The notes beneath the pieces were generated by a model. That model was not told where the DNA came from. It ran no database searches and was given only the letters and a program-made list of their open reading frames with translations. Positions 25,246 through 34,170 of a stretch of DNA of 44,128 nucleotides are shown piece after piece (position 1 is the stretch's first letter; each line of letters begins with the position of its first letter). The stretch spans positions 1-44,128 of the forward strand of contig NJEE01000001.1 of assembly GCA_002255045.1 (NCBI GenBank), read 5' to 3'. This DNA is from Candidatus Bathyarchaeota archaeon ex4484_205. GTDB lineage: Archaea > Thermoproteota > EX4484-205. Both the position numbers and the translations under genes were made by a program.

Positions 25246-26340
25246 TTGATAGGGATATGGACAGAGGAGTTGGAATTGATAGAACAGCTTGAAAAGGCAG
25301 CGAAAGATGCAGCTCAAGAGGCAGTATCAAAAGACAGAAATGGAGACAGGGAGGGAGCGATAGAGAAATATCGAGAGGCGATAAAATATCTAAGAAAGCT
25401 ATATTTCTATAGTGAAGATGAGTATAGGAGAAGAGTTTACTTAGAGAAAATTACGGAATATACCTCAAGAATAAAAACATTGAAGGAAGGATTAAAACCA
25501 GTCACTATAGAAAGAAAACCCTCTATCACATGGAATGATATAATAGGATTAGAAGATGTGAAGAGAGTAATTAGAGAAAGTATAGTATATCCTTATAGAA
25601 GACCGGATTTATATCCACTTGGCTGGCCTCGAGGAATATTACTTTTCGGGCCACCAGGATGTGGAAAAACCTTAGTTGCAACCGCAGTGGCTAATGAAAT
25701 AGATGCAGAATTCTATTCAGTGGATGCTGCCACACTACTTTCTAAATGGTTAGGAGAATCAGAGAAGAATATTAAAGAATTATTTACACGGGCACGTGAA
25801 ACAAGTCTGAAAGGGAAACCAGTCATAATCTTCATAGATGAGGTAGATGCACTAACCTCCAAGAGAGAAATGGAGGTGGGTGGTGAGGTTCGTGCGAGAA
25901 CACAACTCCTCAAAGAAATGGATGGATTAGAAAACAAGGGCAGAAAATTCTATCTGTATGTCCTTGCAGCAACCAACAAACCTTGGGAGCTTGATGAACC
26001 TTTCATAAGGAGGTTCCAAAAAAGAATATACGTGAAGCTACCGGGACTGCAGGAACGAATAAAACTATTTAAGTATTACTGTAGAAGATTGAAAGTATCA
26101 CCAGAGGTAGATTTTGAGAAACTTGCGATGGAAACAGAATATTATTCTGCAGAGGACATATATTTACTATGCGTAGATGTACAGAATAAGTTAGCAAAGG
26201 AAGTGCTGGAATTAAATTTACCTCAGCGAGAGGCAACTTTTCAGGACTTCTTAGAGGCATTGAATAACAGAAAAACTAGTATAATATTAGAGAATCTGAG
26301 ACGCTACGAAGAATGGGCAAATAGGTATAAAGCAATTTAA
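25246..26340 (+). CDS. cdvC: Vps4/CdvC AAA+ ATPase with N-terminal MIT domain
   Basis: 364 aa with a TTG start. MIT-like GAIEKYREAIKYLRKLY, Walker A GPPGCGKT, Walker B VIIFIDEVD and ATNKPWELDEPFIRRF. Confidence 0.85.
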   Translation: MIGIWTEELELIEQLEKAAKDAAQEAVSKDRNGDREGAIEKYREAIKYLRKLYFYSEDEYRRRVYLEKITEYTSRIKTLKEGLKPVTIERKPSITWNDIIGLEDVKRVIRESIVYPYRRPDLYPLGWPRGILLFGPPGCGKTLVATAVANEIDAEFYSVDAATLLSKWLGESEKNIKELFTRARETSLKGKPVIIFIDEVDALTSKREMEVGGEVRARTQLLKEMDGLENKGRKFYLYVLAATNKPWELDEPFIRRFQKRIYVKLPGLQERIKLFKYYCRRLKVSPEVDFEKLAMETEYYSAEDIYLLCVDVQNKLAKEVLELNLPQREATFQDFLEALNNRKTSIILENLRRYEEWANRYKAI

Positions 26341-27053
26341 ATAGCAGATCCTTCTGATCCTCTTTCTGAAACTATTTTCACTTTGCCTTCTTTCTCCAAT
26401 AGCTTTAGGATATCCATTAACTTTTCTTGTGGAATGTTCAAATCCTTTGAACACTGCTCAAGGGAGAAGGAGGACTTCTTCTCTTTAATATACCGGTATA
26501 CCTCCATTTCTATAGAGGGAGGGACCTCAGGAAAATCTTCTTTTATCTTTTCGGAGGCCAGGCGAGAGGCACTTTCAAGAATCCTTTTCGCCTCATTGCT
26601 CGCCTCAATGGAGGATGAAGGAACAGGGATAGATTCAGAGGGTATTAAGACTGAGAGATCTTCTAACATCTTATTAACTTCCAGATTTATGTAAGTCAAA
26701 TTTGTTGGAAAATTCTCTCTCACATCTTGTATAATATCTTTTAGAGGTACCAATATGGGGGGGATTGAACCCACAATCTCTATGGTTTCAAGCCTTACTC
26801 TCAGCGCTTCAAGCAGAATTAGGCTTTTTTGAATTAATTCTGCCAATCTCCGTACTTGAACAATTTCTTCAGCATACATTATACTCTCTTCCCTATTACC
26901 TCTTAATTCAGCATCCACACACATAGAAAAGAGCTGTTCTCTTTTATTTTTCAAGTTACGATACACACGATTCAATTTCTCAATTTGTATAGAAATATTT
27001 ATGAGAGCTCTACTAATCAGGCGACGTTCATCATGTTCGTCAATCAACACCAT
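26337..27053 (-). CDS. cdvB: ESCRT-III (CdvB-family) protein with C-terminal winged-helix domain
   Basis: 238 aa. Snf7-like helical core followed by VYRYIKEKKSSFSLEQCSKDLNIPQEKLMDILKLLEKEGKVKIV. Confidence 0.65.
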   Translation of the reverse strand: MVLIDEHDERRLISRALINISIQIEKLNRVYRNLKNKREQLFSMCVDAELRGNREESIMYAEEIVQVRRLAELIQKSLILLEALRVRLETIEIVGSIPPILVPLKDIIQDVRENFPTNLTYINLEVNKMLEDLSVLIPSESIPVPSSSIEASNEAKRILESASRLASEKIKEDFPEVPPSIEMEVYRYIKEKKSSFSLEQCSKDLNIPQEKLMDILKLLEKEGKVKIVSERGSEGSAI

Positions 27054-27108
27054 CCACTAAGGCCTCCAACAGATTTCTTTTCCCGATGATATATCTCTTA
27101 CTATACAT

Positions 27109-27828
27109 TCATATATTTTTGGTAGATTTTTCCAGAACAAGCACTTTCCTGTCGGTACCTACATATACCTTATCAGCTAGGTTAATGAAAAGACCGGTTT
27201 CCACCACACCAGGAATCAACTTTATTTGGATATCTACATCTTTTGGGGAAGATATCTTATTTAGTTTTACATCAAGCAAATAATTGCCATTGTCAGTAAT
27301 CACAGGGCCTAATCTTTTTTTTGACATGCGTAGGGAAGGAGATACTTTGTACATCTTCTTTATGGTCAGAACTACTGAGGAATATGCAAAAGGTAGGATT
27401 TCTATAGGGAGACTATGATGTTCACCGAGATATTGAACAAGCTTTTTGGAGTCAATTATTATATATTTTCTGCTAGAGGCGTATGCGAGGATTTTCTCTC
27501 GAGCTAATGCCCCTCCACCACCCTTTAACATGTTAAGATTCCTGTCTACTTCATCTGCACTATCTATATAGATATCTGGAGAGGGGAACTCGTCTAGTGT
27601 TGCCAAGGAGAAACCATACTTTATAACTGAGTAGTAAGTATGCGAAGAGGAAGGAATTACTCTCAATCTTTCGAACATATTCCTTCTTTTCATATATTTT
27701 GCGAACAGAGGGATAAATTGAGTAATTGTACTTCCCGAGCCTAATGCTACTGTTGATATATCTTCCAGATCATTTAGTAGTACTTCAGCAGCTTTCTGTC
27801 TAGCTTTCTGAATATTCATCCCTATCAC
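27109..27828 (-). CDS. rpiA: ribose-5-phosphate isomerase A
   Basis: 239 aa. ALGSGSTI, IDSADEVD and KGGGGALAREKI. Confidence 0.85.
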   Translation of the reverse strand: MIGMNIQKARQKAAEVLLNDLEDISTVALGSGSTITQFIPLFAKYMKRRNMFERLRVIPSSSHTYYSVIKYGFSLATLDEFPSPDIYIDSADEVDRNLNMLKGGGGALAREKILAYASSRKYIIIDSKKLVQYLGEHHSLPIEILPFAYSSVVLTIKKMYKVSPSLRMSKKRLGPVITDNGNYLLDVKLNKISSPKDVDIQIKLIPGVVETGLFINLADKVYVGTDRKVLVLEKSTKNI

Positions 27829-28297
27829 GTTCCATCAGAAGGTCTTCCAGCTCTCGTCTAATAGCCTCAAGCTCCTCAAAATCTGTATTTTCCATATTAT
27901 CCAAATTTTTCAATAAATCAGGAGGCAAGCTATGAGAGGAGAACTCCACATTGATTCCCAGCTCCTGCGAAAGTTTACGAATAGAAGTGTCAATCAATCC
28001 TATTATGTTGAGAAGAGAGTTAAAAAGAGTACTCCGCAGTTCTACGATTCTATGAAGCTTCAAGATTTTCTCCTTCTCATTCAATATATTTTCTAAATTT
28101 TTGGATTCTTCCAAATAGGATGAAATTATATTTTCAAATTCTTTGCGGGAGATCTCTCCATTTTTTAACTTTGTCTCATATTTATTAACAATATCTTTTA
28201 TAACTGAGATACGTAACTTCATAATCCGTATGTCTTCCTTCAATGCCTCTAAATCTATCGAACTTAAATATTTTGAATTGTCAACCAATTTTGACAA
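27800..28297 (-). CDS. coiled-coil protein with acidic MIM1-like C-terminus (possible ESCRT-associated factor)
   Basis: 165 aa, all-helical heptad-like sequence. The tail is DFEELEAIRRELEDLLMERD. Its end overlaps the rpiA start by 29 nt, and it is co-oriented with the wH-CdvB gene. Confidence 0.4.
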   Translation of the reverse strand: MSKLVDNSKYLSSIDLEALKEDIRIMKLRISVIKDIVNKYETKLKNGEISRKEFENIISSYLEESKNLENILNEKEKILKLHRIVELRSTLFNSLLNIIGLIDTSIRKLSQELGINVEFSSHSLPPDLLKNLDNMENTDFEELEAIRRELEDLLMERDRDEYSES

Positions 28298-28349
28298 CTA
28301 TTACAATATAACATTTCTGCCTCAATTTTAAGGTTTCACTAATTGAGCA

Positions 28350-28449
28350 AGCCCCGGGCGGGGTTTGAACCCGCGACCTCCGCCTCTTCAGAGAATACCA
28401 AGGCGTTGCTCCACCAGGTTCCTCGCATTATGCTCTGAGCTACCGGGGC
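28350..28449 (-). tRNA. tRNA-Thr(GGU) with two inferred introns (D-loop 16 nt, anticodon loop 10 nt)
   Basis: Minus strand: GCCCCGG TA GCTC AG[AGCATAATGCGAGGAA]CCTGGTG GAGC A ACGCC TTGGTA[TTCTCTGAAG]A GGCGG AGGTC GCGGG TTCAAAC CCCGC CCGGGGC T. The 27:43 pair is an A/G mismatch. Confidence 0.75.
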
Positions 28450-28516
28450 TAAAGAATTGTGGGAAGGGTATGAGATATAAAAATTATTATGGAAGAATTA
28501 TAGTTGATAAATTATC

Positions 28517-28807
28517 TTGATGGAATATCAAATAAGAAAGGACTTAGAAAAATGTATTTCATTAGCCAGAATTGAGGTGAGTGAGGAAGAGAGAGAAAGG
28601 CTCCTTAAGGATATCCTAAGAATTGTTGAATATTTCAAGGTAATAGGAGAGCTGGATACCGAAAATGTAAAGCCTCTTTACCATGTACTAGAATTAAGAA
28701 ACAGATTAAGAAGGGATGAACCTAGGGAATGCCTTACTCAGGAGAAGGCTCTCCGGAACACTACAAGGAATAGGAAGGGATACTTCATTACTCCTAAGGC
28801 ATTTTGA
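28517..28807 (+). CDS. gatC: Asp/Glu-tRNA amidotransferase subunit C
   Basis: 96 aa. LARIEVSEEERERL...YFKVIGELDTENVKP. Lies directly upstream of gatA. Confidence 0.8.
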   Translation: MMEYQIRKDLEKCISLARIEVSEEERERLLKDILRIVEYFKVIGELDTENVKPLYHVLELRNRLRRDEPRECLTQEKALRNTTRNRKGYFITPKAF

Positions 28808-28819
28808 GAGGAAGAGAAT

Positions 28820-30262
28820 ATGAATACATTAGAGATAGTAAATGACATCATAAATGGTGTTGAGGATTGCCGGGAGATAGTCGCAAAGATTTATGAGAAA
28901 ATTGAAAAAGTTGAGAAGGATGTAAGGGCATATATTACACTCCTAGACAGAGATAAAGTTGAGAAAAAGGCAGAGGAGATAGCAAAAAGAATAGAAAGAG
29001 GAGAAAAAGTAGGGAAGCTGGCTGGGATTCCTATAGCAGTTAAGGATAATATATCAACAGCAGGTATGAGAACAACCTGCGCCTCTCGAATGCTAAAAAA
29101 TTATACACCCATATATGATGCGACAGTTATAACCAGAATAAAGAAGGAGGATGGAATAATCATTGGAAAAACAAATATGGATGAATTTGCAATGGGATCC
29201 TCTACCGAAACTAGTTATTTTGGACCTACACATAACCCATGGAATTTATCTAGAGTGCCAGGGGGGTCAAGTGGCGGTTCTGCCGCAGCATTGGCTGCAG
29301 GAGAAACTATATTGGCTTTGGGATCAGATACCGGGGGGTCTATTCGCTGCCCTGCTGCTTTCACATCAACTGTTGGGCTTAAACCAACTTATGGTAGAGT
29401 ATCGAGATATGGGTTAGTTTCGTATGCAGATTCTCTCGAACAGATCGGACCTATGTCACTTGATGTGGGAGGAGTTGCGCTACTCTATGATGTGATCTCA
29501 GGTTTCGATGAGAATGATGCAAACACTTTAGAAGGTAAGTTTAATATGGAGAGTATAAGTAAAAGGAGGGAAGAGAAGTATAAGGCAGTGGTTTTTGAGG
29601 GATTTTTGGCTGACGGGATAAATAGTGATGTTAAAAAACTTTTTGGACATGCGTTATCCACTCTCTCGAAATTGGATGTCGAGATATGCTTCATGAAATT
29701 CCCCTATACTAAATTCCTTATACCCACATACTACATAATTGCTATGTCAGAGGCTTCTTCGAATTTGGCGAGATATGACGGAGTCAGATATGGCTTCAGG
29801 GTGGATAGAGATGTAGATGATTGGAATGAGTTTTACTCCATTAATAGAGGGTTAGGATTTGGAACTGAAGTTAAGAGGAGAATAGTAATGGGGACCTTCG
29901 CACTTTCTACGGGGTACTATGATGAGTATTATATGAAGGCTGCTAAAATAAGGAGACTTATAACGACTGAAGTGATGAGAATACTAAATGAATTTGATTT
30001 TATAATTTCGCCGACAATGCCTTGCGTACCATGGAAGATAGGGGAGATAGCAGATCCGTTAACGATGTATTTGATGGATCTATATACAGTATTAGCCAAT
30101 TTAACAGGATTGCCGGCATTGAGTTTACCGATGGGATTTTCAAATGGACTTCCTTGTGGGATACAGATTATTGGGAGACCATTAGAGGAGGGGAGGATAT
30201 TTAATTTAGCATTTCGATATGAGAGGAAAACAAGATATTTCGAAAAAACTCCTATAAAATAG
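28820..30262 (+). CDS. gatA: Asp/Glu-tRNA amidotransferase subunit A (amidase signature family)
   Basis: 480 aa. GIPIAVKDNI, GGSSGGSAAALAAGE and GSDTGGSIRCPAAF. Confidence 0.9.
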   Translation: MNTLEIVNDIINGVEDCREIVAKIYEKIEKVEKDVRAYITLLDRDKVEKKAEEIAKRIERGEKVGKLAGIPIAVKDNISTAGMRTTCASRMLKNYTPIYDATVITRIKKEDGIIIGKTNMDEFAMGSSTETSYFGPTHNPWNLSRVPGGSSGGSAAALAAGETILALGSDTGGSIRCPAAFTSTVGLKPTYGRVSRYGLVSYADSLEQIGPMSLDVGGVALLYDVISGFDENDANTLEGKFNMESISKRREEKYKAVVFEGFLADGINSDVKKLFGHALSTLSKLDVEICFMKFPYTKFLIPTYYIIAMSEASSNLARYDGVRYGFRVDRDVDDWNEFYSINRGLGFGTEVKRRIVMGTFALSTGYYDEYYMKAAKIRRLITTEVMRILNEFDFIISPTMPCVPWKIGEIADPLTMYLMDLYTVLANLTGLPALSLPMGFSNGLPCGIQIIGRPLEEGRIFNLAFRYERKTRYFEKTPIK

Positions 30263-30283
30263 TATAAAGATATTTCTGAGGAT

Positions 30284-31459
30284 ATGGAGAAAATTTATCT
30301 TACACCTGGACCTGTGAGGCTTCCTCCTGTAGTGATTAAAAGTTTGGGAAGAGATATAGTGAGTCATAGAAGCGAAGAATTTCATAAAATTTATGCCTCA
30401 ATAAAAGAAAGATTAAGGAAAGTTTTCAAAACATCTGGAGAAGTTGTTGTAATCAATGCAAGTGGAACTGGAGGGGTGGAGGCAGCTCTTCTTACTCTCA
30501 TAAATAGTAAGGATAGAGTGTTAGTGCCGATTTATGGAGAATTCTGTAGAAGAGGGGCGGACATACTGGAGAGAGCCGGAAAGAACGTTAAAAGATCGAG
30601 AATTGAGATCGGTCGAGTGCCTAGTGTAGAGGATATAAAAAAGGAATTGGAAGATGGGAAATATAACTATATTTTTCTGATACATAATGAGACGTCTACG
30701 GGAGTGGTATTACGTAATCTTTCTGAGATATCACACATATGTAAAGAGAAAGGAGTTAGGGTGATTGTAGATAGTGTATCAGGACTTTGTGGAGAGTACT
30801 TAGATATGGAGAAATGGAATGTGGACGTTTGTATTTCGGCTAGCCAAAAATGTGTGGCAGGGCCTCCTGGACTCTCATTTATTGCACTCAGCCAGGAAAT
30901 TGAAGAGATAATAGAGAGGAGAAAAAATATCTCACCATCGACCTATTTAGATCTCTATAAGATTTTACAATACTCGAAGAAGAATGAAACACCATTCACA
31001 TCAGCCATTCATCTTTTCTATGGGCTGAAGGCTGCATTAGAAATCTTAGAAGAGGAAAGATTAGATAGAAGGATAAGAAGACATAAAATAAACGCAGATA
31101 CTTTAAGAGCTCTATTTCATATGATAGAAATTGAAGGATACTCCAAGGATGTCGTATTTTCATCTAATACTGTTATAGTGGGAAAGCTTGGAGATAAGTA
31201 TGCAGATCTGAGGAGGAGATTAATGAATGAATATGGAATCGTTGTAGCGGGAAAAATAGGAATGATAAAGGATAATATAGTGAGAGTGGGAAATATGGGC
31301 ATAGTAGGCCCATATGAAATAGAAAAGTTCTCAAGAGCAATAGGCTCTATTTCTGAAAAGGAAGAAAGCAGTAGGAGAATATATGAAGAATATCTTAAGG
31401 AATTTCAGAAATTATATGAAGGTTTCGATCTCCTTTCTGAGCTCTTCGGTGAAGTTTGA
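30284..31459 (+). CDS. class V pyridoxal-phosphate aminotransferase (serine-glyoxylate/alanine-glyoxylate type)
   Basis: 391 aa. HNETSTGV, VDSVSG and SASQKCVAGPPGLS (PLP lysine). Confidence 0.75.
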   Translation: MEKIYLTPGPVRLPPVVIKSLGRDIVSHRSEEFHKIYASIKERLRKVFKTSGEVVVINASGTGGVEAALLTLINSKDRVLVPIYGEFCRRGADILERAGKNVKRSRIEIGRVPSVEDIKKELEDGKYNYIFLIHNETSTGVVLRNLSEISHICKEKGVRVIVDSVSGLCGEYLDMEKWNVDVCISASQKCVAGPPGLSFIALSQEIEEIIERRKNISPSTYLDLYKILQYSKKNETPFTSAIHLFYGLKAALEILEEERLDRRIRRHKINADTLRALFHMIEIEGYSKDVVFSSNTVIVGKLGDKYADLRRRLMNEYGIVVAGKIGMIKDNIVRVGNMGIVGPYEIEKFSRAIGSISEKEESSRRIYEEYLKEFQKLYEGFDLLSELFGEV

Positions 31460-32509
31460 GCCACTTCTCAACTTTTGTTTCATCGTAGTTATGGTTGGAA
31501 TGGAAGTGGGATCCATATTTCTTAGGTAAGCAACATAGAGAGAGACAGAATCACATAAAAGAAGAAGGTGAAGTAGATTGGAGATTATAGATTCACCTTT
31601 TGGGAATATTTCGATGGTTTCATCCACAAAATTTTGTATCAGACCCATAGAGACCTCAAGTTTTTCCTTCAGATATCTTGGTTCATTTCTTAATCTCAAA
31701 AGAACAAGAGCTTTTCTAATTCTGAGAGTATTTACAGACTCAATCTCATTATGTGTAAGTTCTGGAAATTCCTGGAAAACAGCATACTTCTTAGCGTTCT
31801 CGTTTAATTGCTGCTTGAACCTTAATCCTATAGGGGAGAGAGGGGGGTAAGTGTAAATCAGAGGTAAAACATCATGTATCTTTAAGGCTAATTTCTTAGC
31901 ATCGTTTTTCTCTGTTTCCACATCTATAGAAAGAGATCTCGCAAATGATTTCAGAGAAATTGAAGATTTCTGTAATGTATCAACTATATAGGAAGGAATC
32001 AAATTTAGTTTTTCCAAAAGGACGATAAGAGGAGGGAAAAGATATCCTAAAGCCATTCTTGGTTGTAAACCCTTAGGAATTTTCACATGTACACTATTTA
32101 TAAGCTGTGAGAAGGCCTCTAGAGACCCTCCGCTACTTACCGTGAGTACCTTTGCGTTCCTTTTTACAGCTTCTTTAAAACAGTAAAGAACTTCTTCGGT
32201 CTCACCTGAGTAGCTACATAAAAAAACTAAATCCCTTTCATTAACAAAAGTAGGAAGATTGTAGCTTCTTACAATCAACAGAGGAATACGTAGTTCCTTC
32301 TCAACAATCGACTTTGCTATGTTCAATCCTATTCCTGAGCCACCCATACCGCAGGCTATAATAGATCTGGGAGTACCTTCTATAGAAATTGAGGATAATG
32401 TCCTACGTGAAAGATAAATGCTTTCAATGATTTGTTGAGGTAAGCTTTCTATATAGTTGTAGGCCTTAGAGGGATCTATTTCCCTTATTAAGGCTATATT
32501 ATCAAGCAT
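31412..32509 (-). CDS. bifunctional phosphoglucose/phosphomannose isomerase (SIS domain)
   Basis: 365 aa. CGMGGSGIG and CSYSGETEE, with the C-terminal helical domain typical of archaeal PGI/PMI. Confidence 0.75.
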   Translation of the reverse strand: MLDNIALIREIDPSKAYNYIESLPQQIIESIYLSRRTLSSISIEGTPRSIIACGMGGSGIGLNIAKSIVEKELRIPLLIVRSYNLPTFVNERDLVFLCSYSGETEEVLYCFKEAVKRNAKVLTVSSGGSLEAFSQLINSVHVKIPKGLQPRMALGYLFPPLIVLLEKLNLIPSYIVDTLQKSSISLKSFARSLSIDVETEKNDAKKLALKIHDVLPLIYTYPPLSPIGLRFKQQLNENAKKYAVFQEFPELTHNEIESVNTLRIRKALVLLRLRNEPRYLKEKLEVSMGLIQNFVDETIEIFPKGESIISNLLHLLLLCDSVSLYVAYLRNMDPTSIPTITTMKQKLRSGSNFTEELRKEIETFI

Positions 32510-32573
32510 GAATAAATGAGACTCTATCTCTATAATATAATGCTTCCTGCATCTAATATGTGGGAGACTTTGC

Positions 32574-33308
32574 TTATATGGCTACTTGAGCCCTTGTCTC
32601 TATTCTGTCGATTTTTCCGTCTCTAATCCAAAAGATACGATCAGACACATCGATCATTTTAAGATCATGCGTAGCGGTGATAATTGTCACGCCTCGCTCA
32701 GTATTAAGGCTTCTAAGCAGATTTATAATATCTAGGCCAGTATGCAAATCGAGATTACCTGTAGGCTCATCTGCTAAAATAATTACAGGATTGTTGGCTA
32801 AAGCTCTAGCAATTGCTACTCTCTGTTGTTGTCCTCCTGAGAGTTCTGCAGGTTTGTGATCAAGACGATCACCCAGTCCCACTCTGGTCAGAATCTCTAC
32901 TGCTCTTCTCTTACGCTCATCTTGATCCACACCAGCGAAGATCATGGGTAATTCCACATTCTCGAAGGCTGTAAGGACTGGGATCAGATTAAACGTTTGA
33001 AAGATGTAACCGATTTTTCTACATCGAAGCCAAGCCAACTCATATGCATCTAAATTTGCGATATTTACTTCATCGATGTATACTGTTCCTCTAGTTGGCC
33101 GGTCAAGACCTCCTATCATATTAAAAAGAGTTGTTTTTCCTGAACCACTTGGACCCATTACCGATAAATACTCTCCGCGAATTATCTTTATGCTTATTCC
33201 GTCAAGTGCTTTAACAATTACACTTCCCATCTTGTAGTATTTTGCTAGATCTTCTGTCTCAACAGTATACTCGTATACCCCACTTTTTTTCAATTTTTTA
33301 CACCTCAT
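32574..33308 (-). CDS. ABC transporter ATP-binding protein (MacB/LolD-like)
   Basis: Walker [10 protein letters not shown], signature [15 protein letters not shown] and Walker [10 protein letters not shown]. Confidence 0.9.
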   Translation of the reverse strand: MRCKKLKKSGVYEYTVETEDLAKYYKMGSVIVKALDGISIKIIRGEYLSVMGPSGSGKTTLFNMIGGLDRPTRGTVYIDEVNIANLDAYELAWLRCRKIGYIFQTFNLIPVLTAFENVELPMIFAGVDQDERKRRAVEILTRVGLGDRLDHKPAELSGGQQQRVAIARALANNPVIILADEPTGNLDLHTGLDIINLLRSLNTERGVTIITATHDLKMIDVSDRIFWIRDGKIDRIETRAQVAI

Positions 33309-33900
33309 ATCTCAGAGCTTCTGCAGGTTTTAACTTTGCGGCGAAATATGCAGGTGCAACCGCTGAAATTACAGAGAGAATGATACTTATCACCATAGCT
33401 TCCCCAAGGATCCTTATTGAAGAAAGCCACAAAGTAGGAAGCCGATTCTGATATATGGCCATACCTACTCCAATAGACCAACCTAATACTGAACCTAGAA
33501 ATCCTCCTATAATTCCCAAAAAAAGCGCTTCTATTATGAAAAGCATCATAACGTGCTTATCCATTGCACCAAGACATTTCAAAGTTCCTATTTCTTTATA
33601 TCTTTCAGCTATAGACATTAACATTGTATTTATTATACCAATTCCACAGACTAAAAGGGAAATAGCAGCCATCCATAGCTGATATCCTTTAATTCCGGTA
33701 GTGGGAAGACCTTGCTCCATCTCATAATATATATTCAGAATAGCGGTGGTGTTGATAGCAGCATAGAAGGCAATACCAAAAATTATGGAGATCAATGTGA
33801 TGAGTACTCGGCCGAATCTTCTCTTCACACTCTCTAGACTGAATCTAATCGCTTCAGATACTGGAAATATGACCTTACGTTTCTCATTCAACCTCGGCAC
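33298..33900 (-). CDS. FtsX-family ABC permease, minimal form without a large extracytoplasmic domain
   Basis: 200 aa. TM1, a ~25-aa loop, then three TMs with ERYKEIGTLKCLGA and C-terminal [13 protein letters not shown]. Overlaps the ATPase gene by 11 nt. Confidence 0.7.
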   Translation of the reverse strand: MPRLNEKRKVIFPVSEAIRFSLESVKRRFGRVLITLISIIFGIAFYAAINTTAILNIYYEMEQGLPTTGIKGYQLWMAAISLLVCGIGIINTMLMSIAERYKEIGTLKCLGAMDKHVMMLFIIEALFLGIIGGFLGSVLGWSIGVGMAIYQNRLPTLWLSSIRILGEAMVISIILSVISAVAPAYFAAKLKPAEALRYEV

Positions 33901-34002
33901 ATCTATTTAACAGCTTTAATGTTTCTTATTAAATTATTCATCAAGCCATCCGTAGGATGGATGAAAAATATTTTAATTAGTGAATATTAACTCTAAACTG
34001 CC

Positions 34003-34134
34003 ATGGTAGCTGTAAATATCTTTGGGATACCGATAAACTTTTTTGACTTATTAGGCATGATAATAGGAGTTCTAGCAGGTATAGTGATCTTAGCGTATCT
34101 TTATTTAGAGCTTATAGAAAAAGAGGAAAGCTAA
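34003..34134 (+). CDS. candidate 43-aa single-pass membrane peptide (not in the ORF track)
   Basis: ATG-initiated MVAVNIFGIPINFFDLLGMIIGVLAGIVILAYLYLELIEKEES. One clear hydrophobic helix with an acidic tail. Confidence 0.3.
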   Translation: MVAVNIFGIPINFFDLLGMIIGVLAGIVILAYLYLELIEKEES

Positions 34135-34170
34135 ATAGAGAAGGAAGGTTAATAGAAAGTAGGAATAAAG

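Noticed and set aside
33946-33960. The hairpin CCATCC-GTA-GGATGG upstream of the small TM ORF, as a regulatory element or terminator.
   Set aside because: It is a single short 6-bp stem with no T-tract and no repeat elsewhere in the window, which is too little to call.
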